NCBI GenBank assembly: GCA_964016885.1
Contig: OZ024747.1
Coordinates: 78,182,001-78,246,000, forward strand
Length of the DNA stretch: 64,000 nt
DNA from: Eledone cirrhosa
Lineage: Eukaryota
Reading direction: 5' to 3'
In this document: in pieces, positions 13,339 through 27,908 of the stretch
Numbering within the stretch: position 1 is the first letter of the stretch
Layout of the letters: each line of letters opens with the position of its first letter
Notes under the pieces: generated by a model
The model's input: only the letters and a program-made list of their open reading frames with translations
Databases searched by the model: none
Told to the model about the DNA's origin: nothing
Program-made: the position numbers and the translations under genes

Positions 13339-15189
13339 ATATATATATACATATATACATACATATGCATACAGGTACACATACATATATGCACGTATCA
13401 GTTTAGCGGCGCTAACGTCGCTTTGTTCGTTTGTAAACAAACTGAACAGCCTGAATTTATGCCATACGGTGTTAAGGCAACCACGTCACCTTTTTGTTCA
13501 ACACTGACACAGGAACGATGTACTAGTTTCAAGCTTGTTAGCTATCATCAGCACCGTTTACCCATCTGCCAGATAGTTGAACGTTCGGAAGTATATACTT
13601 TTATTATGAAAATTAACGGCTGAGCAGCCTAATTTTCATATTGAGTGAGTTAAATCGATCAGGCATACCGAAAACGATAAATTGCAACAAAATGAAAACG
13701 AAATTTCATTTCTCACTCTTAGTATGGCACTTACTTAAATGTAAGTATGCATGTATACGTACATACATATATGTATACAGACGTACAGTAGCATGCACAT
13801 ATATATATATATATACATATATACATACATATGCATACAGGTACACATACATATATGCACGTATCAGTTTAGCGGCGCTAACGTCGCTTTGTTCGTTTGT
13901 AAACAAACTGAACAGCCTGAATTTATGCCATACGGTGTTAAGGCAACCACGTCACCTTTTTGTTCAACACTGACACAGGAACGATGTACTAGTTTCAAGC
14001 TTGTTAGCTATCATCAGCACCGTTTACCCATCTGCCAGATAGTTGAACGTTCGAAAGTATATACTTTCCTTATGAAAATTAACGGCTGAGCAGCCTAATT
14101 TGCATATTGAGTGAGTTAAATCGGTCAGGCATACCGAAAACGATAAATTGAAACAAAATGAAAACGAAATTTCATTTCTCACTCTTAGTATGGCACTTAC
14201 TTAAATGTAAGTATGCATGTATACGTACATACATATATGTATACAGACGTACAGTAGCATGCACATATATATATATATATACATATATACATACATATGC
14301 ATACAGGTGCACATACATATATGCACGTATCAGTTTAGCGGCGCTAACGTCGCTTTGTTCGTTTGTAAACAAACTGAACAGCCTGAATTTATGCCATACG
14401 GTGTTAAGGCAACCACGTCACCTTTTTGTTCAACACTGACACAGGAACGATGTACTAGTTTCAAGCTTGTTAGCTATCATCAGCACCGTTTACCCATCTG
14501 CCAGATAGTTGAACGTTCGAAAGTATATACTTTCCTTATGAAAATTAACGGCTGAGCAGCCTAATTTGCATATTGAGTGAGTTAAATCGGTCAGGCATAC
14601 CGAAAACGATAAATTGAAACAAAATGAAAACGAAATTTCATTTCTCACTCTTAGTATGGCACTTACTTAAATGTAAGTATGCATGTATACGTACATACAT
14701 ATATGTATACAGACGTACAGTAGCATGCACATATATATATATACATATATACATACATATGCATACAGGTACACATACATATATGCACGTATCAGTTTAG
14801 CGGCGCTAACGTCGCTTTGTTCGTTTGTAAACAAACTGAACAGCCTGAATTTATGCCATACGGTGTTAAGGCAACCACGTCACCTTTTTGTTCAACACTG
14901 ACACAGGAACGATGTACTAGTTTCAAGCTTGTTAGCTATCATCAGCACCGTTTACCCATCTGCCAGATAGTTGAACGTTCGAAAGTATATACTTTCCTTA
15001 TGAAAATTAACGGCTGAGCAGCCTAATTTGCATATTGAGTGAGTTAAATCGGTCAGGCATACCGAAAACGATAAATTGAAACAAAATGAAAACGAAATTT
15101 CATTTCTCACTCTTAGTATGGCACTTACTTAAATGTAAGTATGCATGTATACGTACATACATATATGTATACAGACGTACAGTAGCATG

Positions 15190-15638
<449 letters not shown>

Positions 15639-15663
15639 ATATAAATATATATATATATATATA

Positions 15664-15736
<73 letters not shown>

Positions 15737-15778
15737 AAATATATATATAAATATATATATAAATATATATATAAATAT

Positions 15779-15809
<31 letters not shown>

Positions 15810-15888
15810 GAAATATATATATATATATATAGAAATATATATATATATATATAAATATATATATAAATATATAAATATATATATAAAT

Positions 15889-15934
<46 letters not shown>

Positions 15935-16149
15935 ATAATAATAAAATTGAAGACTAATATATATAAATATATAAATATATAAATAACTCGCACACAGTGT
16001 CGCCATTGAAATATATATCACAGCATTATTATTAAAGGACCTGAACATCTGAAACTACTTCGCTTTTCCTTGTTCGATATTTACTCCGTCACTCCTATGT
16101 TGAAAAAGTACGTTGAGTGCTTGAATTGCATCAATATTTACCCTAATAT

Positions 16150-17945
16150 ATATATCTATATCATCATCATCGTTTATAAGTTCATCTTCTCCAATAAAAC
16201 TAAACTATATGAAGTTAATAATAATTTACACGACCAACTATTAATAGATAATATCACCTCTAAATATCAAATAGCTAATATAAATACGTACCATAATATA
16301 AATAAGGAAGCTAAAAAATCAGCTGTTTCTTTAAAAATAGATAATAGGACAGAAAAACTTGCTAAACGTTCTGCGTAAAGATCATAAACCCGACTTTATT
16401 AATCGTCCTAGTTGTAGATTAATCAACCCTGCTAAGACTGATATTGGTCTTGCCAGCAAAAAAAATTTAAATAAATTAAATACACACATTAGAAGTAACT
16501 CTAAATTACTCCAATGGATAAATAGCTCTTCCGTAGTACATTGGTTTAATAATATTAAAAACAAAAGTAGTTCTAGATTCACCCAATTTGACATTGTAGA
16601 TTTCTACCCATCTATCACTCAGACCCTTTTAGCGAAAGCTTTAAATTTCGCTAGAGGGTTTACTAATATCTCCGATATTGAAGAGAATGTCATCTTGCAC
16701 GCTAGAAACACTCTACTTTTTAATGATAATGACACTTGGGTAAAAATATCTAACCCAGAGAACCCATTCGATGTCTCAATGGGCTCTTACGACAGTTTGT
16801 GACCTGGTCGGCCTATTCCTCCTACATACACTTAAAGAAAAATTTCCTAACCATATTTTTGGGCTTTATCGCGACGATGGTCTAATACTTTCCCATAGCA
16901 CCATAGGCCATAACTTAGATAGATTAAGGAAAGACTTAATAAAAACCTTCGCTAGTTTTAATCTTAAAATTACTATTGACACTAACCTTTCCAACGTAGA
17001 TTTCCTAGATATAAACCTAGATTTGCCTACTGCTTCTTATAAACCATACTATAAACCTAATGAAAACTTAAAATATATAAATAAAGGCTCTTGCCATCCA
17101 CCTATAGTTTTTAAAAACCTTATCCCTAATATTAGCCGTAGGATCTCCACCCTCTCTTCCTCAGAAGCTATTTTTAATAAGGCATCCCCTACTATAATAA
17201 AGCCCTCCGAAATAGCGGTTTTAGCGAACCGATTAAATACATACCCAACTATACTAACTCTATTAAACATAAAAACAGGAAAAGAAAAATAATCTGGTTC
17301 ACATCCCCCTACTCTCTAGCAGTTAAAACTAATGTAGGCAAAAAATTCCTTGAGCTCCTAGATAAACATTTCCCTAGAACACATAGATACTATAAGATCT
17401 TTAACAGAAACTGTGTCAAAATTAGCTATTCCTGCGGTCCCCCTATTAAGTCCTATATCATCAACAAAATATCACCTAGAGAAAATCAAACTTGCCCATT
17501 ACAAGGTAAATGCAACACCAAAGCCATTGTATATGCGGCTAAAGTGACAACCATCAGAAACAACCATCCAGCCACCAGTGAACGATATGTGGGTATGACG
17601 CAAGACAAATTCAAAACGCGTTATTACTCACATGTCGCATCCTTTCGACATCCAGAAAAAAGATTTACAACAGCTCTGGCTAGCAGAATTTAGGATTTGA
17701 AAGACCAAGGCATCCAATATAAATTAGATTGGTCAATTTTGAACCAATCTAAAGAATATGCTAGAGGAACAAGAAAATGCACGCTCTGCATAAATGAAAA
17801 ATATTGGATATTGCAAAATCTAAAATCACCAAAGACCTGCCTGAACACAAAGACGGAAATTTTCACCAGTTGCCCACACATGAAATCACACCTGCTTTCC
17901 AGCTCATATAAACTTAACACACTTTCAGATACTTATCCTCCATAA
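16150..17945 (+). pseudogene. PLE RT plus C-terminal GIY-YIG endonuclease pseudogene (frameshifts, one TAG)
   Basis: RT: KDHK..CRLINPAK, QFDIVDFYPSI, MGSYD, GLYRDDGL, VDFLDINL. Linker: IIWF..PY..TNVGKKFL..DKHFP..KIFNRN..KISYSC. Endonuclease: CPLQGKC..AIVY..YVGMT..FKTRY..H and CTLCINEK. Confidence 0.88.
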
Positions 17946-19020
17946 ACTCTTATTATTCTCTTTTTAATTACCCTCTCTGACTTACTTTCATTTTTATCCT
18001 TATCATTAATTTCATTTATTTTTATTTTTATATTAATTTTTTTATTTTTATTTTTACTTCACATCCACCAATAACCCCCCCCCCTTTATTCTCCGATTCA
18101 CTTACCTAATATTTTCACTTTCCATTTTTTACTTCCCTATTTCCTTCACTAACTGATTACACTTGTCATTTGTGTTTTCCTCTCCAGATATATTTTTCAT
18201 TTTTATCTTTATTTTTTTATTTTTGCGCAGCCAATCTTACAATTTTATATTTGTACTTACTTATCCACAAGTTTTTTACACCCTGTATCAATGTGGCTGA
18301 ACGCCTTAATGTGCGCGCGCGTGCGTGTATATATATATATATATATATGTATGCGTATGTGTCTTTATATCCGTGTTTTTACATCTAGGTTTTGTTTTGT
18401 TCCTTCCCCCCCCCTTTTTTTTACTTACTCATTTTTATGCGTGTGCATGCAAACAGGTCAATATGCGTGAGTGTAAGTATGTGTGTGTGTGTACGTATCG
18501 AACGTATGGATGTGTAAGTGTGCGTGTGTATATAAGCATGTATATTTTTGCGTTTCTTTTGTGAGATATACGTGTGTGTGTATGTATGTACCTTTTTTGT
18601 CTTCTTTTCTTTAATTTTTTCTTTCTAAATTATTGTTCCATTTTTATAAATATATCGAGATTGATACTTTCCTTTAATTATTACACTCCCTTACCTCTTT
18701 TACTTCCGCATCCAAGTGTACGTGTGTGTAGGTGTGTTTATGCGCGTGCCTTCATATTCTTATAATGTATCTATTCTGTCTGTAGATTACAGACATACAG
18801 ATACATTTGCCCTAAATTCTATATTTTCGCACACTTTTTCACTATACATACACATATATGCACATCTGTGAGCGTATATACATACATATACACACACCTA
18901 ACTATATTTCTTGAAAGATTATTATATATTTCATATTCTAATTCATTTGTCTATATCTTTTTTGTTTTTTTGCTTTTCTTGATGAGACTTTCCAAGTATT
19001 TACCCATGTTTTATATTGCC

Positions 19021-19095
19021 TCGTCTGACGAACGAATGAAGACGTTTCTTTCGTATTCGCCTCATTCGGGAAACCTCTGGTAATGAGGTAATTAT
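19021..19095 (+). ncRNA. Degenerate hammerhead-like motif in the PLE 3' terminal region
   Basis: CUGACGA (19025-31), stem II CGAAUGA/UCAUUCG, GAAA (19070-73), stem III CCUC/GAGG, GUA triplet. Stem I is weak and the base of stem II is mismatched. Confidence 0.6.
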
Positions 19096-19194
19096 ATTGT
19101 ATTGATTTTTATACATTGAATTTTGCTCTGATACTTACATAGAGCACTCTTCACTTCTATGACCTTTTCTGTTTTCAACGGAAATTTCAATACA

Positions 19195-19453
19195 TATATA
19201 TATAAATACATATATAAATATATATAAATACATATATATAAATAAATATATAAATATATATAAATACATATATATAAATAAATATATATATATATAAATA
19301 TATATATATAAATATATATAAATAAATATATATATAAATAAATATATATAAATAAATATATATATATTTATATATATATATATATAAATAAATATATATA
19401 AATAAATATATATATATTTATATATATATATATATAAATAAATATATATTTAT

Positions 19454-19492
<39 letters not shown>

Positions 19493-19603
19493 AATATATA
19501 TATATTTATATATATATATATAAATATATATATATTTATATATATATATATAAATATATATATATTTATATATATATATATAAATATATATATATTTATA
19601 TAT

Positions 19604-19653
<50 letters not shown>

Positions 19654-19720
19654 ATAAATATATATATATATATTTATATAAATATATATATATTTATATA
19701 TATTTATATATATATATATT

Positions 19721-19759
<39 letters not shown>

Positions 19760-19770
19760 ATATATATATT
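19195..19770. repeat. (TA)n/(TAAA)/(TTTA) compound microsatellite
   Basis: Direct inspection; a similar tract lies at 15638-15985. Confidence 0.95.
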
Positions 19771-20159
19771 TGCAGCGATTCTTTGCTTAAACTTTAATCT
19801 GTTATTTTAATAAATATAAATATATATATATATATATATATGTATGTATATTATAAAGGAAGAACTGTTTTTCCGTCTGTCTGCCAAACTTATGACATAT
19901 ATGTATATATATAATACATATAGTTTCTGTTGATGTTTGTTTTTATTGAGAGACAGTGAATGAGAGATTGTGTGTAAAAGATAGAATTAAAATTTGTTTC
20001 AAGAAAAAAAATAACAGGTTGTTGATGGGAGAGAGAGTGTGTTTGTGTCATATAGATAGAGAGTTGTCACTCAATTATTAAGATGATCATCTTCCACGCT
20101 AGCACATGTTGGACAAGTTGTACTGTTGTGAGACATGCCAGGTCAAATGACAGTATCTT

Positions 20160-20500
20160 GGCAAACCCCTTGTCTGGGATGCTACTTGCATCGACACTTT
20201 CTGCAGCCGCAACCTGGTGCAGTCTGCGACTAACCTAGGTTCTGTTGCATGTCGGGCTGAGGAGGCCAAGCTCCTCAAATACCGGTCACTCTCCAACAGG
20301 TTTGTGGTTGTACGCCTGGCAGTGGAGACTTCTGGTGTCCTAGGCCCTAGGGCTACCTCCCTACTCACCACCATAGGCGCTGAGCTGGCCAGCCGCAGGT
20401 GTGATCCCCGCGAGTTGGAGTGGCTTTTCTAGCGTGTCTCCCTTGCCGTCCTCCGTGGGAACGCCTTCTCCATCCTGTCCGCCGGGGCTCCATCGCGTAA
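20160..20500 (+). pseudogene. C-terminal restriction-like endonuclease fragment of a CRE-clade non-LTR retrotransposon
   Basis: GKPLVWDATCIDT..EEAKLLKY..LAVETSGVLG..WLF*RVSLAVLRGNA, with an in-frame TAG at 20430-32; GC-rich island. Confidence 0.75.
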
Positions 20501-20967
20501 CATTCCATATTTAGGTATGCACTATCATATATTTTAGAACTGATTCTGACTTGGTTTCTACGTTTGGATGCCCTTCCTAATGTCAACCACATTTACCATG
20601 TATACTTTTTTTCTTGACACCTACATGAACACTTTACATCATCGGCTGGACGCTTTTTTCATGACTCCTACACGACCTATTTACAGTATGGATTAGGCAC
20701 TTTTTATTGTGTCACCAATACAACCACTATGCAGTATGGGCTGGGCGCTTTTTGTTGCGGCACAGAAGTAGAGGAAAGTGGTGTACACTAGATACATGCC
20801 TCAACTTGTACACATGGGAAGATGTATCTTCTGTATTACTTCATGTCACCAAAGATCTCAATCCTGTGTTATCACTTTTGTAAGGTACAACTGTGCAAGC
20901 TCAGCTTTTATCATCTCATCCGAAGTCTTCCAACTCCATAGCTAGCCTACCTGAGATCTCACTACAT

Positions 20968-21042
<75 letters not shown>

Positions 21043-22756
21043 GTTCTTGAATTGTGTAGGAGTGTAACCACTGTTCAAAAGGGTATCCAATTCATTGGTA
21101 TAATATAGACATCTTTATTACATATATAGAAATGCATTAATATATGGCACCATATGCGTTATGTTCTTGAGCAAGATACTTTATTGCAACTGGTAGATAG
21201 TATTAGCAATTGTTTCTTCGGTCTGATTTCATGAGCTCCACCCCACTCGTTGAAATCAGCCAAGAAAATATTTTGAAAAGACCTGAAAATCAAGTACAAA
21301 ATAAAAAGCCAATAATTTCTCTATTTTTCGGTATAATTTTTTTTGTTGAATTTTATTTCCTTTTGGTAAAATATATAACAATTCAGTAGACAAGAAATAT
21401 ACATTGAAAATGGAGTTGATAAGAAAAAGCAATATTTACATTTGTAGTTGTGAATAGAAGCTGAGATCAATAATAGTTCAAATATCTTTCTTGTTGAGGT
21501 AAACTTTGGATCATATCTATCATAATTTACCTTCCTTTTAGTTTTTAACAGAATTAGGATTTATTATTTAATGAAATTTAGAAGAAAGAAAAAATAATCT
21601 GAAATTGTAATTTAAACTCAAATCAGAATTTATCAGTAAAAAAAAAAAAAAAAAAGTAATAATTGAAATTTTTGTGTTAATTTTAATTTCAGATATCAAA
21701 GTTTGTTCATTCTTATTTAATGAAAATATCTTGCTAAAGATTCTGCTAATTTACTGACCTATTATTATTATTATTATTAATAATAATAATAAAGTTATAT
21801 TGATGAAGAATGAAGAAGGAAAAAAGCAATCAAAATGATTTTCTGGAAATGTCACAATATTTGGATAAGGAAACACAACAGAGAAAGAATTTGAACAGAG
21901 TTAAAGACTTTGCAGAACTGAGCTAAAAATCGCTTCTACTGGCATTGATATGACTTTTCTTCTTGAAAATTGATTACATACACACATAGATATATATACA
22001 TACACATATTTATACAAATATACATACATATAGATTTTCATTTATTCAACCTATCACATTTCACAATTATAACACAGTTATTGGCAATCTATTAGCAGTA
22101 TATTGACACCATAAAAACAAAACTATCTCTCATATATATATATACATATATATATATACACATACACATTCTTACATACTTACATGTATACAGATATTGA
22201 CTATATTACAATATATTATACATATGTACAAAATATCAAGAAATGAATGGAAGTGTGTAGTGGCAGAAAAACAATAATAATAAAAAAAAAGATTAAATTG
22301 ATATATTTTTTGTTGGTACGGATGTAATTGCAAGTAATTGAATTCTGCCTTCGTTACTTGTACAGATTTTTTATCGACACCCCCTCAAAAACAGGATGAA
22401 ATTTAAAAAAAGACAGGATTTGAAAGAGATGTATTTGGTCCAGCTCTCAACTCTTTCAACCACACTTACATAAGTTAAAGTAATCAGTAATAATTGTTGT
22501 CTAATCTATAACAAAAAAACAGCTAATTATTATCACTGCCCACTTAGTGGTCAAATTCTGACCCAATGATCTGGTCAAGAAATATCTTTAGATATTGTTT
22601 TAATGTTACGCCATGGACAATAGAGTCAGTACCGTACATGGGTGTAAGAACTGTTTTTATCAGTTTTATATATTATCTAAATAAAGAATTTTGTAAAGGT
22701 CTCATGGACCTTAGTAACTATAAATTTTGTTTTATTATGCAAAATAAATTTCATCT

Positions 22757-22975
22757 TTAACCCTTTAAGCATTTAAACCAGCCATATCCAGCCAGAATTC
22801 TCTCACCTCTTTCTGTACAAACTGGCTGAAACCGGCCCTTCATACTGCTGTTAAGTTCTCAAAATAAATATCAAAATCTCATAGATTCGATATCATGTGA
22901 GATAATTATGAGATAAAGCCTTTACTGTGAAAATACAATAGTAAATATAGAGTAATGTAAATGCTAAAGGGTTAA
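22757..22975. mobile_element. piggyBac-type MITE
   Basis: TTAA-CCCTTTAAGCATTTA ... TAAATGCTAAAGGG-TTAA; TIRs match the 45724 element. Confidence 0.85.
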
Positions 22976-23042
22976 AGATTAGTAAAATATGAAATATAAA
23001 ATCTTTAAAAGATTAAAAAAATGTTTGTATATATGATGTATG

Positions 23043-23232
23043 TTAGCTGAGAGCTGCCTCAATGTAGGCTTTTGACTATGAAAAATAGTCTGTTTAATAA
23101 GTTGGACATATAAGCCCCTTGGCACAAAGAAAACTGAACAGTATCACCCATGTGACACAAAAGGGGGATTACATGCCCAAATTAACTGTTTTTCATAGTC
23201 AAAACTCTGCTTTGAGGTTAGCTTTGAGCTAA
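23043..23232. mobile_element. MITE-like element with ~50-bp imperfect terminal inverted repeats
   Basis: TTAGCTGAGAGCTGCCTCAATGTAGGCTTTTGACTATGAAAAATAG pairs with CTGTTTTTCATAGTCAAAACTCTGCTTTGAGGTTAGCTTTGAGCTAA. Confidence 0.55.
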
Positions 23233-23776
23233 TATACATTCACTCAATGATCCTAAAAATACGATTGTCTAAATATATTTTGAAAGATAAAAAAATAAAT
23301 TGTTGGATCAAGAACAGACAAAAATATGTAACATAAAATAAAATAAAATAAAATGAAATAAAATAAAATAAAAATGAAATTTGAAAAATACAGAACATAA
23401 ATATGTTTTGTTGAGAAACAATTTACAATTGTGTGGGCAGTGATTAAAGAGTGATTAAACTATTGTTGTTGGAAGTCTTAAAAGACAAATCAATAATATT
23501 CTCCAGACAATTATGTACACCAATGAGATAAACTATATTGTTGTTATTATTACTATAATATATAAAGTACCAGTAATTCACTAGGGTAATTGCTGGCTTT
23601 GTGCTAAAAGTAGAAACAATTATTACTATAATATATAGTTTGTCGAAATCACAGATGAGGGAATTAAAAAAAAAAAAAAGAAAATTGTGATATTTTGTTG
23701 GATTAAATTTTTTTTCTTTTTTAGTAACAACAAAACATAAAAAATAAACAAAAACAACACAAAGGAAGAGAAAGGG

Positions 23777-23829
<53 letters not shown>

Positions 23830-24150
23830 ATGAAAATCATAAAAAACAAAATGTTGAGTTATATCTAGAAATCAATATTATTTCTCTCTTCAATAGACAT
23901 TAGAAAATCCTTCATAGTACATGTAAACAAATGAAAGACCAACATCTGAGATGACAACATTTCTCTCTCTTTCCTCCAAAGCATGAAACTAATAAGACTA
24001 ACTGTTTCTTTCTATCATAGTGGTTACAATTCTGGGTTTTATGATTGTAAAGTCATGAGTTTGATTCCCAAACCAGCAGACCATTGTGTCCTTGAGCAAG
24101 ACACTTCATGTTGCTTTAGTCCACTCAGCTGGCAAAAGTAAATTACATTC

Positions 24151-24480
24151 TTAGAGCATTGGCCTTGCAATCGAAAGGTTGTGAGTTCAATTCTCAGACC
24201 AGGTGATGTGTTGTTTCCTTGAGCAAGACACTTTATTTCACATTGCTCCAGTTTACTCAGCTGTAGAAATGAGATGATAGGGACTGAGGTCCATATCATT
24301 CCACTGTAAAGTAGTCGAGGAGGTGCCATGGCAAAAAAGCACCCAGCACTCACTGTAAATGAGGTTGGTGTTAGGAAGGGCATCCAGCTGTAGAAATCAA
24401 GCCAGAATCAGTTCCCATCCCACCCTTGCAAGCAGGGAAAAGCAGACGTAAAAATGATGATGATGATGATGATGATGATT
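24151..24480 (+). mobile_element. SINE (same family as 15318), 5' clipped, following an older SINE head at ~24020-24145
   Basis: Sequence identity to 15341-15638; (TGA)n tail. Confidence 0.85.
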
Positions 24481-24843
24481 CTTGTAATTCTAGGTAACCA
24501 GCCTTGTCACATATTGTGCCCTGCTGAATTTTCCCAGGAACTACATTATGGGTTCACATGTCTGGAATTCTCAGCCACTTAGTAATTCCATAAGCAGGCA
24601 GTTCCGTTGATTGAATCAATTGGAATACTCATTATCGGAAACAACAGAGGTCCAAGTACATTATATATATATCTGTATTACATATATATATATATACATA
24701 CATACACATCTTTATATATAAGTAGAAAAGTGGCTATGACTTCCAAGTTCTATCACTCACCAGTATTGAGTGCTCATTCAGTTAATGTTTGAATGGTTTA
24801 AGTACTATGGTATTTTAAACACAGATATATATTATATATATAT

Positions 24844-24918
<75 letters not shown>

Positions 24919-25874
24919 GATGTGTATGTGAGGAAGGGAAGGTGGTTGAGGATTAATAATCACAAATAATTGACAGTGAACAACATTAGTTAAGTAGAGG
25001 TGGTTTGCTATGATATTTGGAGGTCAAGGTAGATAATGAGAATTTTAACAACCACTCACCACCACCACCACCACCACCACCACCACAGTATTAACTACCA
25101 TAATCACCATCACTATTAGCACAGCAACTACAGCTGCCAACACCAACACCATCATTACCACAAACCAACTAGGTAGCCTCTCTATGTGGATCATTTAAAT
25201 CACTAAAGATAACAGCCAAATTCTCTCAGATTAGACCCTATTGTAACGCACATTGGCAAAAATAGTCCTACATAACCCTAAAAAAGACTGGACATAGCTG
25301 GAATACCTTTGATAATAGGTCCTCTTTATCAAGGCTGACCTGAGGTTAAACAGCACCATTACAACTACCACCACCACCATCATCATCATTATTGCTTTTA
25401 ACACCATAACAAAAATTGCAGTCATTGAATTATGATGTTCAATAGTAAGACCTGAACTGTTACCACTAAGATGTCAGGTTATGATATGGGAACGGTAACT
25501 ATAGAGACCTTAATTTTTGATAACTGAAGTTAATATTATTAACACCAACACTTCTATAAGTTAGGCTGTTTATTGTTGTGGACTCTTATTACTAGACTTT
25601 AAGTTTATGATGTCTTTGTCTGATATGGTAAAAGTTGTGATATCTTAAGCTGTTATAGTGATATAGACTGTTCTTAAAAGACCCCCTTCAGTCACAAATG
25701 ACCATGGGATTTGCACCTAGAAAGTTCCCCTCCGAAGCAGAAGTCCATGAAAGGTTATTTGTGGAAGATCAGCAGTTGCCCATGCATACCAGCCACCTGG
25801 TTTGAGAATCGAACTCACAACCTTTCAATTGCAAACCCAATGCTCTAACCACTGAACCATATTGGTAGTAATAT

Positions 25875-26003
25875 AAACTGTTATTACTAGTGGTATATTG
25901 TTAATGTTTATATAACTGTTATTACTAGTGGTATATTACTAATGTTTATATAACTGTTATTACTAGTGGTATATTCCTAATGTTTATAAACTGTTATTAC
26001 TAG
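25875..26003. repeat. ~36-bp minisatellite, ~3.5 copies
   Basis: Repeated TAACTGTTATTACTAGTGGTATATT..TAATGTTTATA. Confidence 0.8.
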
Positions 26004-27807
26004 GAACTTTAAGTTATGATGCTTGCTTTGGGCAGTTATTGCTAATGACATTAAGTTATGACAAGTAGACTGTGATTATCAAGTTGTTATTAATTATGAT
26101 GAATATAGATTCATAAAATCTGTGACTAATTATAAACGTGATTAAAACAACCTTCCCAACATTGCTAGAGTGGTTGTAAACAGAAAGAATTGGTGTCAGC
26201 ACCAGCAAAAGTGCCATGACTAGAAACTACTTTTAACAATTAAATCTGTCTGATAGCCTTGAGGACTCTCTGTGTGTGTGTGTGCGCGTGCGAGTATGTG
26301 TGTATATATATATATATAAACACGAGGGACACACACACAAATTAATACAAAGACACATATATACACAAACACTAGTACAGAGATATACATAAAGACATAC
26401 ATACACATAAACACATATATACACATACATGGATAGCTATGAATATACAGACACAATGTTTTAATGTCAAGATTAACAAGCCATATAATTATTAGCAATA
26501 AATAAAAACACTAAACTTTCAAATAAATGCCATTTTTAATGTTTAGTTTTAAGGGCTCACTTTTGTTTGTCTGTTTTTGCTTTTTACTTGTTTATATATA
26601 ATCATATATACATATATATATATATATACACACACATATACATATATACATATAAATATATATACATATATATATACACACACATATATATATACACACA
26701 TATACATATATTCAAAATGATAGTGACAAATCTGTTAGTGTTAATTAATCACACACACGTACAAACATGCACATTTACATGTACAATTACACATACATGT
26801 ACACCAATTTGTATGTACATACATCATCACAGATGTAGACATTTACACGCACACACACATGTATAAAACAGTGAACAGCATACATCAGGCTATAATGAAG
26901 TGAGAGAGGGAGGAAGGAGAGACAGGAGGGGTTTAAAGATGGTGTCCCAAGACATCACAGCACCATGGTACCTCCACACACATTGTGAGGGGTCAAGGGA
27001 TCAGATGGTCAGACTTTGGAAATGGAATGGACCTTCATTGGTTTAGACAATAAGGGTTCCAGTTGTTTGATCAATGGAACAACTTGCTCATGAACTTAAC
27101 TTGTAAGTGGCTGAGCATTCCAGAGACACGTGTACCTTTTATGACAAGGCTGACTCGCTGAATTCCAAGTACAGTCAATCCAATGGGCTTCCAATACATT
27201 TCTGTCTACCAAATTTCCCTCACAAAACATGGGTCGACATGAGACTATGGTAAATGACAAGATGTCATGTCGTAGGATTGAACCTATCACCTAAAGGGAT
27301 ATAATTTACACAATTAACTTATAAAAGTTTACAATGTTAATGTTGATGATGATGGTGGTGGTTTCCAAGGTAAGTATAATGCCATGAATTTTGGTGGAGA
27401 GGAAAAGATGACTAGATTCATACTCTCATCCAGCCCCAATATTACACTGGTACTTATCAACCCTTGGAAGAATGATGGTGGTGGTGGTGGTGGTATGGGT
27501 TATTGGAGTGGAGGGTGAAATATGAACTGCTTATAGTCTTTTGAATGAGAGAAACCAAACATTACTACTACTACTTATCATAATATTGAAAATATGCACT
27601 ACTTAAGATCCAAAGATTCCCTAAGGGCAATGGCTTCTGGTGTGGGAATTCCTTATTATAAATAGTCTTTCACAACCATATTCCTAACAAGTATTGAGTA
27701 AGGTTTGAGTATTTTTATTTTCTGGCAGACAACTGAGAAGAAATTAATAAAGAGTTGATAAAATAGATATTTTGTTGGTTCTGTGGAATTCCTTCCCTAT
27801 ACATGTT

Positions 27808-27908
27808 TCGCCTATAAATGGTCAACTGACAACAGCCCAAGTGTTTCTCCTATAAATGGTCAACTGACAAAATTCCAAGTGTTTCCCCTATAAATGGTCA
27901 ACTGACAG
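27808..27908. repeat. 39-bp tandem repeat, ~2.6 copies
   Basis: CCTATAAATGGTCAACTGACA occurs three times at regular spacing. Confidence 0.75.

Larger units (their letters stand above)
15990..19190 (+). mobile_element. Decayed Penelope-like retroelement (PLE), possibly Naiad-like, flanked by (TA)/(TAAA) microsatellites
   Basis: RT and GIY-YIG fragments followed by a long T-rich 3' region with an HHR-like motif at 19025-19090. Boundaries approximate. Confidence 0.85.

Noticed and set aside
16070-17945. Selenoprotein-type PLE (in-frame UGA recoding, known in some Naiad elements)
   Set aside because: The disruptions I could trace are frameshifts and a TAG at ~17691; I found no conserved-position TGA and no convincing SECIS.
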